Positions 9,365 to 18,947 of a stretch of DNA of 64,000 bases are shown here, in pieces. The first letter of the stretch is position 1, and each line of letters starts with the position of its first letter. Location of the stretch: positions 15,102-79,101 of the forward strand of contig JBBQHF010000002.1 of the NCBI GenBank assembly GCA_038323715.1, written 5' to 3'. This stretch comes from Patescibacteria group bacterium (GTDB lineage Bacteria; Patescibacteriota; Patescibacteriia; Patescibacteriales; UBA12465). The notes beneath the pieces are model-generated. The model was not told the DNA's origin and made no database searches. It was given only the letters and a program-made list of their open reading frames with translations. Both the position numbers and the translations under genes were made by a program.

Positions 9365-9916
9365 GACCCAAGATATTTCTCGATAATACCTCAAAAGTAA
9401 ATCCTGATTAGCACCGATAAAATATCCCAGCCCCGCCAATACAGACACCCAGAGCAAAGAGCCTGCGGTTGTGTAGGCGACAAAAGGTAAGAAAGGCATT
9501 TTACAAAATCCAGCTGGAATAGAAACTAGTTGTCTAATAACTGGAACCAAGCGACCAATGAAAGTTGCGGAAACAGAATTTTCTAAAAAATATTTTTCCG
9601 CTCTAGCAATATTTTCTGGATGTATAAAAAATAATTTTGCTAGGCGATGTTGTGATAGTTTGTAGATTAGCGGACGGCCTAGATAAAAAGCTAAAACGTA
9701 ATTAAAAATTGCCCCCACAACACTACCTAAAACACCAAAAATAATAATCAGCCAAATATCCATTCTTCCCTGACTGGCTAAATAAGCGGCCGGAGGGACG
9801 ATAATTTCCGAAGGCATCGGAATAAATGAACTTTCAATCGCCATTAATAAGCCCACGCCTAAATAACCCATATTCTGGGTAATACCGAGAAAAAAATTAA
9901 ATAAATTCATCAACAT
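9293..9916 (-). CDS. DedA/SNARE-associated family membrane protein
   Basis: IESSFIPMPSEIIVPPAAY and GRLVPVIRQLVSIPAG are typical DedA motifs, with multiple TM helices. Confidence 0.75.
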   Translation of the reverse strand: MLMNLFNFFLGITQNMGYLGVGLLMAIESSFIPMPSEIIVPPAAYLASQGRMDIWLIIIFGVLGSVVGAIFNYVLAFYLGRPLIYKLSQHRLAKLFFIHPENIARAEKYFLENSVSATFIGRLVPVIRQLVSIPAGFCKMPFLPFVAYTTAGSLLWVSVLAGLGYFIGANQDLLLRYYREISWVLLFFGILWFGGKLIKSINKKDSV

Positions 9917-9943
9917 ATTTTAAATATATCATATTGCTATACT

Positions 9944-10912
9944 ATGTCCAGTAACAACGAGGTTAATAAAATAAGATTGATTTTCATGGGCACTCCAGAT
10001 TTTGCCCTCCCTGGTTTTAAGTCATTAATTGCAGATAATAGTTTTGAGATCATTGGAGTATATACTAAAGCAGACAAACCAATAGGGCGAAAACAACTTT
10101 TAACTCCACCGCCTGTTAAAGTATTAGCTGAGGAAAATAACATTCCTGTTTTTCAGCCAGAAAAAATAAAATTAGAAATAGAAAATATCAAAAATTTAAA
10201 ACCAGATTTAATAGTTGTTATAGCGTACGGAAAAATAATCCCTCAGGAAATATTAGATATTCCAAAATATGGCTGTATCAATGTTCATGCTTCCCTATTA
10301 CCTAAATATCGGGGAGCCGCCTGTTTAAACGCGCCGATATTAAATGGAGACAGCGAAACTGGTATTACAATTATGAAAATGGAAGCCGGACTGGATACCG
10401 GGCCGATTTTAAGACAAGTAAAAATGGAATTAATGGGTAAAGAAAGTTTGGCTGACGTCCATGATTATCTTTCTAATTTAGGAGCCAAAATACTTCCAGA
10501 TACAATACACGACTGGATATCTGGCAAAATAACGCCCCAAATTCAAGATGAGACAGCGGCCAGCTATATTAAAACTTTAGATAAAGAAGATGCTAGAATA
10601 AACTGGGATAAGCCTGCTCAAGAAATAGAAAGAATGATACGCGCTTTTAACCCTTGGCCGGGTACTTTTTGTTATACTAAAGAAAATAAAATTTTAAAAA
10701 TATTAGAAGCAACCGTTAGCCAAAGTGGCCCCGAAGACTCGTTACCAGAGCAAAAAATAGGCCAAGTTTCAATCAAAAATGGCGAATTGACAGTTAAGTG
10801 CGAACAAGATAATATAATTATATTAAAATTACAGGTTGAAGGAGGAAGGGCCATGAACATCAAAGATTTCTTAAGTGGGCACCAAGATTTTATTAATCAA
10901 ATTTTAAAATAA
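9944..10912 (+). CDS. fmt: Methionyl-tRNA formyltransferase
   Basis: IFMGTPDFALP, NVHASLLPKYRGAA, and a C-terminal Fmt domain. Adjacent to def. Confidence 0.9.
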   Translation: MSSNNEVNKIRLIFMGTPDFALPGFKSLIADNSFEIIGVYTKADKPIGRKQLLTPPPVKVLAEENNIPVFQPEKIKLEIENIKNLKPDLIVVIAYGKIIPQEILDIPKYGCINVHASLLPKYRGAACLNAPILNGDSETGITIMKMEAGLDTGPILRQVKMELMGKESLADVHDYLSNLGAKILPDTIHDWISGKITPQIQDETAASYIKTLDKEDARINWDKPAQEIERMIRAFNPWPGTFCYTKENKILKILEATVSQSGPEDSLPEQKIGQVSIKNGELTVKCEQDNIIILKLQVEGGRAMNIKDFLSGHQDFINQILK

Positions 10913-10922
10913 ATATAACAAT

Positions 10923-10994
10923 GGTCCCTTCGTCTAACGGTTAGGACGCCAGGTTCTCATCCTGGTAACAGGGGTTCGATTCCCCTAGGGACTG
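10923..10994 (+). tRNA. tRNA-Glu (anticodon CUC), CCA not encoded
   Basis: Hand-folded cloverleaf: acceptor GGTCCCT/AGGGACT (G1-U72 wobble), D-arm GTCTAACGGTTAGGAC, anticodon arm CCAGG-TTCTCAT-CCTGG, T-arm AGGGG-TTCGATT-CCCCT, discriminator G. Confidence 0.85.
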
Positions 10995-11000
10995 CATATA

Positions 11001-11027
11001 AAAACTCTAATTCATTAGAGTTTTTTG
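11001..11027 (+). terminator. Intrinsic terminator after tRNA-Glu
   Basis: AAAACTCTAA-TTCA-TTAGAGTTTT hairpin plus a T-run. Confidence 0.6.
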
Positions 11028-11072
11028 GTACAGGCAGTCTGATATGTTATACTAAACTTATAATAATAAAAT

Positions 11073-11780
11073 ATGAATATTTTTAAAAAGAACCCACTCA
11101 ATAAAAATAATATAAAAGATTATTCTTTTTCAACAAGCAAACAAGACCGAAAAGATTTATGTACGGCAATTATTAATTCATCATCGCCTCAGCCCGGATT
11201 TTATTTTCTCTTAGCAATCGCTACTTTTATAGTATCTATCGGTCTAATAACTAATAATGTAGTTTTAGTAATTGGCGGTATGCTGGTCGCCCCATTAATA
11301 TCCCCGATTCTATCAATTTCTTTAGCAATCACAATTTTAAACTTTAAGGTTTTACTGCGTTCAATATTGGTATTTACGGTTTCAATGCTAGCCTCATTAC
11401 TAGCCGCTATTTGTATTGGGCTAGCAGTAGAATTTGACATCAACCAGATACAATTCTTAACAACAATGAACAATTTGAGCATATTCACTTTACTTATTCC
11501 AGTTTCCGCTGGAGCAGCCGCTAGTTTTACCTGGGCTAAGAAAAATCTCAGTGGCGCCTTACCCGGAGTAGCAGTTACGGTAACCTTACTCCCGCCACTT
11601 ACAGCCATGGGGCTAAGCTTAGCAGTTAATGAACATATAATATTCTATGAATCATTAACAACCTACCTGTTTAACGTGCTGGGTATTATTCTTGGAAGCT
11701 TAATTATTTTTTTATTAATGGGATTTTATAAATCAGAAAAAATAGTTATTGAACAAGTTGCAATAGAAGAAGAAAGTTAA
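11073..11780 (+). CDS. DUF389-like integral membrane protein
   Basis: Multi-TM protein. VIGGMLVAPLISPILSISLA resembles the DUF389 signature (xIGAMLIAPLMxP). Confidence 0.5.
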   Translation: MNIFKKNPLNKNNIKDYSFSTSKQDRKDLCTAIINSSSPQPGFYFLLAIATFIVSIGLITNNVVLVIGGMLVAPLISPILSISLAITILNFKVLLRSILVFTVSMLASLLAAICIGLAVEFDINQIQFLTTMNNLSIFTLLIPVSAGAAASFTWAKKNLSGALPGVAVTVTLLPPLTAMGLSLAVNEHIIFYESLTTYLFNVLGIILGSLIIFLLMGFYKSEKIVIEQVAIEEES

Positions 11781-11788
11781 TCTTTATA

Positions 11789-13042
11789 TCAAGAGGCGAG
11801 CTCTTTATAAATATTAATCTTACGATTTGCGAACACAGTCAAGATAACCGCCGTAATAATTCCAATTACGCCGATAAAAGTAAATGCCCCCGCATTACCA
11901 AAAGCGCTGGCAATAAAACCGGCCATCATCGGGCCAATTACATATCCTAAATTCGTATAAAAATCTTCTAATCCTTCAATTTCTTTTTCGTAACTTACGG
12001 TCTCGCTAATATAATCGGCATAAGCACCATTAATAGCTGGCCAAGACATAGAGATAAAGATAGAAGATATAAAAATATCAATTATAATCCAAATCGGGTT
12101 AGTGATAAAATAAATTAAAGTTAAAAATAGAGATCCCGCCATTAAGCTTAAATAGGCGGTTCTTTTTTTACCATACTTATGGACAAAGGAACCGACTGTC
12201 CAGCCGACAAACAGCGCTGGCAAAGAATAAGCGACCATAAAAAAACCAGAAAATTTTTGCAATCCCACTAAGCTTTCGGCAAAAATAGGGCCAATAGTCC
12301 AAAAAAAGGAATCAATAAAATTAAGCATTAAAGTTAACATAAGAACGGGAAATAATATTTTTCCCAAACGGCTCCAAATATTAACCTCCGCCCTAATACT
12401 TAATTGGTTTTTAACTTCAATCTTTTTACGATTAACTTTTTTCTCTTTAGTTTTAGCAAAAAATAGAAATAAGAAAAAAATAGCGGAAATCGCTAAGAAT
12501 ATCCAAGCCATAATTAAGGGCCGATAATTAAATTCTTCAGCGATTAAAAACCCCGCCAAAATAGGAGCAATTAAATAACCGATAGATAAAAATACTTGCA
12601 CTAAACCAAAATTTTCCGTATGTTTACTTTTTTGAGTATAACGACTTATAAAAGAAAAATTGCCGATATTCTTTAAATCAAAATATATTCCCCAAAGCGC
12701 CATCGCTAAAATATAAACTAAAAAAGTATTGGCTTTATATAAAATAAACGGGTAAATTAAACAAATTGCGAACATTACTAAAAAAATTTTCTTATAATAA
12801 GTATTGGTAAATAAACGACAAATAACAAAATCAAACAATGCCCCTGCAATTGAGGATGTTCCGATTATTATACCCATCAAAGATTCAGAAATTCCATTAT
12901 TAACAATAATAATCGGGGCCATAAATGAAACTATGCCATCAAAAATAGCAAAAAATAAAAGCATGTAACCAAAAATATAAAGTTTTCCAGGGGCATTCTT
13001 GTTATTTCTGGTATGAGCCATTAACAACTTCAAGGTGGACAT
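11789..13042 (-). CDS. MFS-type transporter
   Basis: About 12 predicted TM helices in two halves separated by a basic loop (KTKEKKVNRKKIEVK), which is the general MFS topology. Confidence 0.6.
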   Translation of the reverse strand: MSTLKLLMAHTRNNKNAPGKLYIFGYMLLFFAIFDGIVSFMAPIIIVNNGISESLMGIIIGTSSIAGALFDFVICRLFTNTYYKKIFLVMFAICLIYPFILYKANTFLVYILAMALWGIYFDLKNIGNFSFISRYTQKSKHTENFGLVQVFLSIGYLIAPILAGFLIAEEFNYRPLIMAWIFLAISAIFFLFLFFAKTKEKKVNRKKIEVKNQLSIRAEVNIWSRLGKILFPVLMLTLMLNFIDSFFWTIGPIFAESLVGLQKFSGFFMVAYSLPALFVGWTVGSFVHKYGKKRTAYLSLMAGSLFLTLIYFITNPIWIIIDIFISSIFISMSWPAINGAYADYISETVSYEKEIEGLEDFYTNLGYVIGPMMAGFIASAFGNAGAFTFIGVIGIITAVILTVFANRKINIYKELAS

Positions 13043-13110
13043 AATATTTTAATGATGATAAATATATTAATATATAAATAAGTATAACATGACAATAAAA
13101 AATAAAAAAT

Positions 13111-13515
13111 ATGGAAAATAATATCACTAAAACCGCATTTACCTACTTAACAAAAAATAACAAAGTGCTCTTGCTTCAAGAAAGTGGTAAATTTATCAAA
13201 GGACTCTGGTCATTCCCCGGTGGTCATCTAGAGCCCGGCGAGTCATTTGCTGAGGGGGCTATTCGCGAAACACTTGAAGAAAGCGGCTATCACATCAAAA
13301 TTATAAAAGAAATATATCACAATATTATTCCCGGAATTGAGTATAGCGGCAACCCAACTGGCAGTCAGAAAGAAATAGTAATTTTTCAGGGAGAAATAAT
13401 TGGTGGCAACATGCAAATAGATAATGAGGCCCTGGATTTAAATTGGTTTAGCAGAGAAACAGCCTTAAGTCTTCCTCATCGCTTCAAGTTTCTTAAAGAC
13501 TTAATCAAAGATTAA
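13111..13515 (+). CDS. NUDIX hydrolase
   Basis: Canonical Nudix box [24 protein letters not shown]. Confidence 0.85.
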   Translation: MENNITKTAFTYLTKNNKVLLLQESGKFIKGLWSFPGGHLEPGESFAEGAIRETLEESGYHIKIIKEIYHNIIPGIEYSGNPTGSQKEIVIFQGEIIGGNMQIDNEALDLNWFSRETALSLPHRFKFLKDLIKD

Positions 13516-13522
13516 AAAACAA

Positions 13523-13552
13523 AAAAGGAGGCTACTAGTAGTCTCCTTTTTA
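13523..13552. terminator. Bidirectional intrinsic terminator
   Basis: AAAAGGAGGCTACTAGTAGTCTCCTTTT is a near-perfect palindrome flanked by A- and T-runs, between convergent genes. Confidence 0.7.
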
Positions 13553-13570
13553 AAACACCCCCCTATTAAG

Positions 13571-14557
13571 TTATCTCAAAAAAATATTAAACAAATAGCC
13601 AATTACAATAATACTCAAAGAAACCACCACGAAAAAAGAAATTAATAATCTCGGTTTCATTACTTTTTTTAAAATTAATGCTTCTGGTAAAGACAACCCA
13701 ACAACCGCCATCATAAAAGCAAGCGCGGTCCCGATTGGGATTCCTTTATCAACCAAGGCTTGCATAATCGGAATCACGCCAACCGCATTGGCATAAAACG
13801 GAACGGCAATAATGACGGCGAGCGGAACGGCAAACAAATTACTAGCGCTAATATATTTCTCAAAAAATCCGATGGGAACATAACCATGGATTAAGGCGCC
13901 AATTGCCACCCCCACTAGAATATACGGCATTAACTGTCTAGTTAACTGCCAAGCATCACGCCAAAATATTTTTAGAAGCACTCTAAAAGACTGTTTTTCT
14001 TTTTTTATTGCTGGCAAATCAACTTTCCTAGCGTCAAGTTCTTCTTTTTTGATAACACCATCAGCAATATATTTTTCCAGCCTCATCTTCCCTAAAATAT
14101 AACCTCCAAAAACTCCCAAAAATATTCCTGACAAAACATAAATCAAAGTAATTTTCCAGCCGAAAAGACCAATAAATAAAACAATCGCCGCTTCGTTAAT
14201 AAGCGGTGAGGTTATTAAGAATGATAAGGTTACGCCTAATGGAATTCCCGCGCCCACGAAACCAACAAATAATGGAATTGAGGAACAGGAGCAAAATGGC
14301 GTAATTACACCAAAGCAAGAGGCTAGTAAGTAATCAAAACCGTAAAACTTTCTAGAAGCCAAAAAGGCACGCATCTTCTTAACTGGAAGATAGTGCCTAA
14401 TTATAGCCATCAAATAATTGATAATTAGCAAAAGTATTAGAATCTTAAGCGAGTCAACCACAAAAAATTCAAAAGAGACGCCTAAATGAGAATTTTTACT
14501 AAGACCCAATAAATCAAAAGATAACCAATCTGCTAATAATTCTAAAGGATAAAACAT
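13571..14557 (-). CDS. Predicted permease of the YraQ/ArsP (UPF0718, COG0701-like) family
   Basis: Polytopic membrane protein with the characteristic TPFCSCSSIPLF cysteine motif. Confidence 0.65.
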   Translation of the reverse strand: MFYPLELLADWLSFDLLGLSKNSHLGVSFEFFVVDSLKILILLLIINYLMAIIRHYLPVKKMRAFLASRKFYGFDYLLASCFGVITPFCSCSSIPLFVGFVGAGIPLGVTLSFLITSPLINEAAIVLFIGLFGWKITLIYVLSGIFLGVFGGYILGKMRLEKYIADGVIKKEELDARKVDLPAIKKEKQSFRVLLKIFWRDAWQLTRQLMPYILVGVAIGALIHGYVPIGFFEKYISASNLFAVPLAVIIAVPFYANAVGVIPIMQALVDKGIPIGTALAFMMAVVGLSLPEALILKKVMKPRLLISFFVVVSLSIIVIGYLFNIFLR

Positions 14558-14580
14558 GAATTCAGCTTATCATTAACTGC

Positions 14581-16269
14581 TTATCGCATCAAATCGGGAG
14601 CGGGGGCAATTGCCGGAACGGATTCCATCATTCCTTGAGAGCCGCCAACTGAACCAGAAACGGCACCACCCGCCTGGATAGTTTTATACATAATTCCTGG
14701 CTGGTTACCAAGTTCATTCATCATTTCTTTAACCAAGGGGACAACAACGTATTTCTGGCCGTAATAATTAACGCCTTCAGGAATCTTAACAATTGGGAAT
14801 ATTAAAGCTGGAACTAATAATTCTTCATTACGATTGTCAACATATCTATATATCTGAGTATAAGATATTTCCGGGGTTCCTAATTCTATAGTTTGAGTAT
14901 TTTCTGGCGACTGATAATAATAATTTCCATTCCAGCCACCATTTTCCGCTAATTTAATAAGTTTATCACTAGAAGTTTCTAAATCATATTTAGACGACTC
15001 ATAACGATAAGGGACTAAACCGCTTAAACCAGAGGCAACTTTTTTATTTAGATTAATGGAAACTCGTAAACCAGCATAATTGCCGCTTTGATCTCTGACC
15101 GCCTTGCCATCAACCAACAAAGGATAAATAACAGTGGCATATTCAGGAATATAAAAATTAGCCTGATCGGTTGTCCTAGTATAATCATCACGCCAATAAT
15201 TGTCTACTAAGGCGGCGCCATAATGTTCAAGATTAACCGTATGAACTGCTAAAAATTTATCAGCTAAGGAAATTAAATCAGAATCTGCCGGGACATCACC
15301 GATTTTTATTCTATATCTATCCCAACAAGCCGAATCCCCTCCGCAAGCATCTCTTTCTGGGGTGGTCCATTTTTCCCAATTTTCATTAATATTAATAGTT
15401 CCTTCATTGAAATCAAAATAAATCATTAAACCAAGATTCTTATCCTCTGTTAAAGTTATATTTGAAGCTTTTAAGTCACTAAAAGCGGATAAACTAAAAC
15501 CATCGAAATCAAAACCTCCTATTAACCCAGCCATATTTTTAGCAATGGTCGGACTACCTTTAATACGACGATATACTTGCCCGCTTTCATCAGTGAGGTT
15601 AAGCGTATCGCCTTTATAAACATATTGAAACCCATAAAAAGGTGGCATTATTTTCATATCAGGAGCGATGGCGGAGACCGCAATGCCTGAATTCGCCTGA
15701 GCAGTGTCCATTGTTGCAAGAGAAACGCGAGACATCTCTGCTCCAGCAAAAGTCCCTCCTCCTCCGCTCAAAGCCATGGCCGACGTTTTTTCGGAAGGGC
15801 TATTAACAGCAGTTCCTAAACTGGCTAAATCGCCGAAGGCTCCAGCCGATAAGACCCTGACCGCCTCCTGATTTTCATCACCAGCACCCGCCACTTTATT
15901 ATTTATTTCTTGAGCGTCTTTTTGTGGGTTAATCAGATGTGATATTTGGGGTTTCACAAAGAAAACCACAGCGACACTAATTACCGCCAAAGATCCCAGC
16001 GCTAAATAAAACTTTTTATTCATATTGTTAGAGTTAAATATACTATTTAAATTTTTAGATTCTTTTGATTCTATTTCCGTTTCCGTCTCAGGAGAAATTT
16101 GCATAAATTCCGCTTTTAATCTCGTAGCAAAAGCAGCGTCAAATTTTGTATCCGGTTTTGCATTCTGCATACGACTTACCAGAACTAAAAGTTCTCTTTC
16201 ATATAGTTTCAAATCCGGTTCAAGGGCATATAATTCTTGAAGAATTTTTTTTAGTTCAGCTTCTTGCAT
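14581..16269 (-). CDS. Putative anti-sigma factor: single-pass membrane protein with a large extracytoplasmic domain
   Basis: Overlaps the stop of the upstream ECF sigma gene by 19 nt. Cytoplasmic N-terminus, one TM helix (FYLALGSLAVISVAVVFFV), and ~450 aa outside. No zinc-finger anti-sigma motif seen. Confidence 0.45.
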   Translation of the reverse strand: MQEAELKKILQELYALEPDLKLYERELLVLVSRMQNAKPDTKFDAAFATRLKAEFMQISPETETEIESKESKNLNSIFNSNNMNKKFYLALGSLAVISVAVVFFVKPQISHLINPQKDAQEINNKVAGAGDENQEAVRVLSAGAFGDLASLGTAVNSPSEKTSAMALSGGGGTFAGAEMSRVSLATMDTAQANSGIAVSAIAPDMKIMPPFYGFQYVYKGDTLNLTDESGQVYRRIKGSPTIAKNMAGLIGGFDFDGFSLSAFSDLKASNITLTEDKNLGLMIYFDFNEGTININENWEKWTTPERDACGGDSACWDRYRIKIGDVPADSDLISLADKFLAVHTVNLEHYGAALVDNYWRDDYTRTTDQANFYIPEYATVIYPLLVDGKAVRDQSGNYAGLRVSINLNKKVASGLSGLVPYRYESSKYDLETSSDKLIKLAENGGWNGNYYYQSPENTQTIELGTPEISYTQIYRYVDNRNEELLVPALIFPIVKIPEGVNYYGQKYVVVPLVKEMMNELGNQPGIMYKTIQAGGAVSGSVGGSQGMMESVPAIAPAPDLMR

Positions 16270-16841
16270 ATATTTATAATCCCCGGCGCTAAAATGATTA
16301 AAGCCAAGGGAATCTTATTCTTTAAATTTTTAAGCGAGCGACTAAGAGCCATTTTAACCGCCCCCTCGTTCTTTCCTAAACGTTCAGCAATATCTTTAAA
16401 TGGAATGTCTAGCCAAAAACGCATAATAATTATATCTCTCTCAACTAAACTTAAACTTTTCATTGCCTCTTTAATTTTTTCTATTTTTAAATCAACATCA
16501 ATTTTCTCTAAAAAATTACTTTTATCCGCCAGGTCCCAACAATCTTCTATATTAATGTTTCCCTTGTTACTTCTATAGTAATCAATAATAGCATTGCGAC
16601 TAATAGAATAAAGCCAAGCCATAAAACTCTCGGTATTAAATTGTCTGATGTTTTTCCAGGCTTTGATAAAGATTATACTGGTAATATCTTCGGCCACTTC
16701 TTTGTTTAAAGTTTTATAATAAACAAAATCATAAATATGCTTTACATAAGCATCATAAAGAATACCGAAAGCAGACTGGTCGCCAGACTGAGCTTGAAGC
16801 GCAAGATTCAAATCTTTCATTTTATCTTGGATTATAGCCAT
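16251..16841 (-). CDS. ECF-type RNA polymerase sigma-70 family factor
   Basis: Region 2 (LYDAYVKHIYDFVYYKT...FIKAWKNIRQF) and region 4 HTH (ERDIIIMRFWLDIPFKDIAERLGKNEGAVKMALSRSLKNLK). The start is taken at the internal ATG (MAIIQDK), and the longer 16889 start is less likely. Confidence 0.85.
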   Translation of the reverse strand: MAIIQDKMKDLNLALQAQSGDQSAFGILYDAYVKHIYDFVYYKTLNKEVAEDITSIIFIKAWKNIRQFNTESFMAWLYSISRNAIIDYYRSNKGNINIEDCWDLADKSNFLEKIDVDLKIEKIKEAMKSLSLVERDIIIMRFWLDIPFKDIAERLGKNEGAVKMALSRSLKNLKNKIPLALIILAPGIINICKKLN

Positions 16842-16920
16842 ATTGATATATCTATTATAACAGACGTGGACAAGACCCGAAAGTAACATTTTATGCTGCT
16901 AACAACATCTTTTTCCATTT

Positions 16921-16949
16921 TTGACAAGTATAATAAAATGTGTTATAAT
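16921..16949 (+). promoter_or_regulatory. Consensus housekeeping promoter with extended -10
   Basis: TTGACA (16921-26), a 17-nt spacer ending in TGT, then TATAAT (16944-49), 20 nt before the ATG at 16970. Confidence 0.65.
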
Positions 16950-16969
16950 TAATATGTTAATAAAAACCT

Positions 16970-18496
16970 ATGAAAAAACAACTTTCAATCATTTTCTTAT
17001 CTATTTTTAGCTTAAATTTACTAATAACTGCCCCCGTCAGGGCCGAGGTAGTAATTTCTGATATTAAACCAGGTGCTTTACAAGAAGGTAGTGTGCAAAT
17101 TTCCTGGATGACAAATGAGGATACAACTGGATATATACTATTTGGGAAAGCTGAAAATGATATGTCTTTTCGTGTTGGCGATGCGAACTTTAGCCGATCG
17201 CATTCATCTGACTTAACCGGCCTGAAAAAGGACCAAGAATATTATTATAAAATTTTTGCCACCAATAAAAACGGAGAAAAATCAGAATCTTTTGTGAATT
17301 ATATTGATACCAAGAACATGCCCGACACCAGGGCTCCCTTAATTGCTAACTTAAAAAAATTACAATCAACTGATACCGCCTTTGCTATTTCTTTCTCAAC
17401 CGACGAACCAGTTAAAATAACTTTAAAATATGGAGACAAAAAAGATAGCTTAACAAAAACCTGGAACAACGGGACTTATAAAGAAGAACACGCCATTATT
17501 ATAACCGGCCTAAAAGCTTCAACTCATTATTACTTTGAAATTTCTGCTAAAGATAAAGACAATAATTTAGCAGTTTCCACTGGAGATTTAACAACGGCCA
17601 GTCAAGGAAGTGATGCCATAAAAATGAGCAAACTAACTCCGGAAAGTGACAACCAGGCCCCCGTGATGGCCGAAAATGCGATTATAACTTGGGAAAGCAA
17701 CCTGCTGGCCACAGCCGATATATATTATGGATTAGCCCCAAAAACATTGAATAAAAACATGAAGGTCTCTACTACCTCCAGTCTCGTTCATAGAGCCATT
17801 TTAGGAAAGTTAGAACAAAACACCACCTATTACTACCAAATAAAAATGAAAAGTGAGTTGAATAAAAAAGATTTTACTAGTTCAATTTATTCATTTAAGA
17901 CCGCGGCGATGGATGAGGGGTATCTTAGTTTCTATTTTAAAAGCGGAGATTTAGTAAAGTATAAAAGCACTACTTATTTTATTTATAACGACACAAAAAT
18001 TGCGCTAAACAGCGATGAAAAAATAAAAACTATTTCCAGCGCCACGCCAAAAACGCTTGAAGAAAAATATTTTACAGCTTTTAAGGACGGCTCCGCTTAT
18101 TACGGAGTGTTCCACGATGGGCAATTAGTAAAAGAAGAAAAAGTGAGCGCGGTGTATTTAATTGACGGCAACTATAAACGCCCCATAGCTAAATGGGAAA
18201 TTTTAAAATATCTTAATTACAGTGCTCGCGATATTGTAGTTGCTAAATCTGGTCAATTAAAAAATTACAAATTGGGGACAATAATTAATCACTCTCAAGA
18301 AATCACCAGTTCATCATTAAATAACAAACTCGTTAAATCGCCTAGCGGCCCCGCTGTTTATCTTATTGCGAGCGGAAAAAAGTTGCCATTCTTTAATCAG
18401 CAAGCCTTTTTTAAATATAACTATAAATTTTCTGACGTCAAAAAGATTAGTGACCAGGAACTACAAAACATACCAGAAGGGCAATTAATTTTTTAA
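16970..18496 (+). CDS. Secreted protein with three FN3-like repeats and C-terminal repeats shared with the 6232-7731 protein
   Basis: Signal peptide (LSIIFLSIFSLNLLITAPVRA). Three beta-sandwich-like repeats end in EYYYKIFATNKNGE, THYYFEISAKDKDNN and TTYYYQIKMKSE. The C-terminal modules carry AVYLIDGNYKRPI and AVYLIASGKKLPF. Confidence 0.6.
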   Translation: MKKQLSIIFLSIFSLNLLITAPVRAEVVISDIKPGALQEGSVQISWMTNEDTTGYILFGKAENDMSFRVGDANFSRSHSSDLTGLKKDQEYYYKIFATNKNGEKSESFVNYIDTKNMPDTRAPLIANLKKLQSTDTAFAISFSTDEPVKITLKYGDKKDSLTKTWNNGTYKEEHAIIITGLKASTHYYFEISAKDKDNNLAVSTGDLTTASQGSDAIKMSKLTPESDNQAPVMAENAIITWESNLLATADIYYGLAPKTLNKNMKVSTTSSLVHRAILGKLEQNTTYYYQIKMKSELNKKDFTSSIYSFKTAAMDEGYLSFYFKSGDLVKYKSTTYFIYNDTKIALNSDEKIKTISSATPKTLEEKYFTAFKDGSAYYGVFHDGQLVKEEKVSAVYLIDGNYKRPIAKWEILKYLNYSARDIVVAKSGQLKNYKLGTIINHSQEITSSSLNNKLVKSPSGPAVYLIASGKKLPFFNQQAFFKYNYKFSDVKKISDQELQNIPEGQLIF

Positions 18497-18544
18497 CTAT
18501 TAGGCGCATATATTCAAGCCTAACGTAGAAATAACTCAAGGTAC

Positions 18545-18573
18545 TTGTCAAATTAAAAATCTTTTGTTATTAT
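18545..18573 (+). promoter_or_regulatory. Sigma-70-type promoter for the tRNA-Lys/tRNA-Thr pair
   Basis: TTGTCA, a 17-nt spacer ending in TGT, then TATTAT, 44 nt upstream of tRNA-Lys. Confidence 0.5.
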
Positions 18574-18616
18574 CAAGAACATAAAAATAAATGGCTTAAT
18601 AAGTCTATATTTGTTG

Positions 18617-18692
18617 GCGCCTATAGCTCAGTTGGTAGAGCAGATCCCTTTTAAGGATAAGGTCGCAGGTTCGAGCCCTGCTGGGCGCACCA
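18617..18692 (+). tRNA. tRNA-Lys (anticodon UUU), CCA encoded
   Basis: Hand fold: acceptor GCGCCTA/TGGGCGC, D-arm GCTC-AGTTGGTA-GAGC, anticodon loop CTTTTAA, T-arm GCAGG-TTCGAGC-CCTGC, then ACCA. Confidence 0.9.
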
Positions 18693-18723
18693 TTTATCGT
18701 TTCAGAATCTGAAGTCGATATGA

Positions 18724-18799
18724 GCCGACTTAGCTCAGCTGGTAGAGCAGCTGTCTTGTAAACAGCAGGTCGTCGGTCCGAGCCCGACAGTCGGCTCCA
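18724..18799 (+). tRNA. tRNA-Thr (anticodon UGU), CCA encoded
   Basis: Hand fold: acceptor GCCGACT/AGTCGGC, D-arm GCTC-AGCTGGTA-GAGC, anticodon arm GCTGT-CTTGTAA-ACAGC, T-arm GTCGG-TCCGAGC-CCGAC, then TCCA. Confidence 0.9.
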
Positions 18800-18804
18800 A
18801 AATA

Positions 18805-18835
18805 AAAAACCGTCATTAACTTGACGGTTTTTTAT
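18805..18835 (+). terminator. Intrinsic terminator after the tRNA pair
   Basis: ACCGTCA-TTAACT-TGACGGT hairpin followed by TTTTTT. Confidence 0.7.
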
Positions 18836-18947
18836 TATTATTCGTGTGGAAAACAAGCGCACAAACTGTGTTAAAAGTGAGCTTGAAAAAAACATCCTCT
18901 TAAGTTAAGATGGTAGAGCAAATAATAGAAAACATTATTATAAAAAT

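Noticed and set aside
18605-18895. 96-aa ORF on the minus strand in the ORF track
   Set aside because: It lies exactly over the tRNA-Lys and tRNA-Thr genes and their terminator. It is an artefact of the GC-rich tRNA sequence, not a gene.
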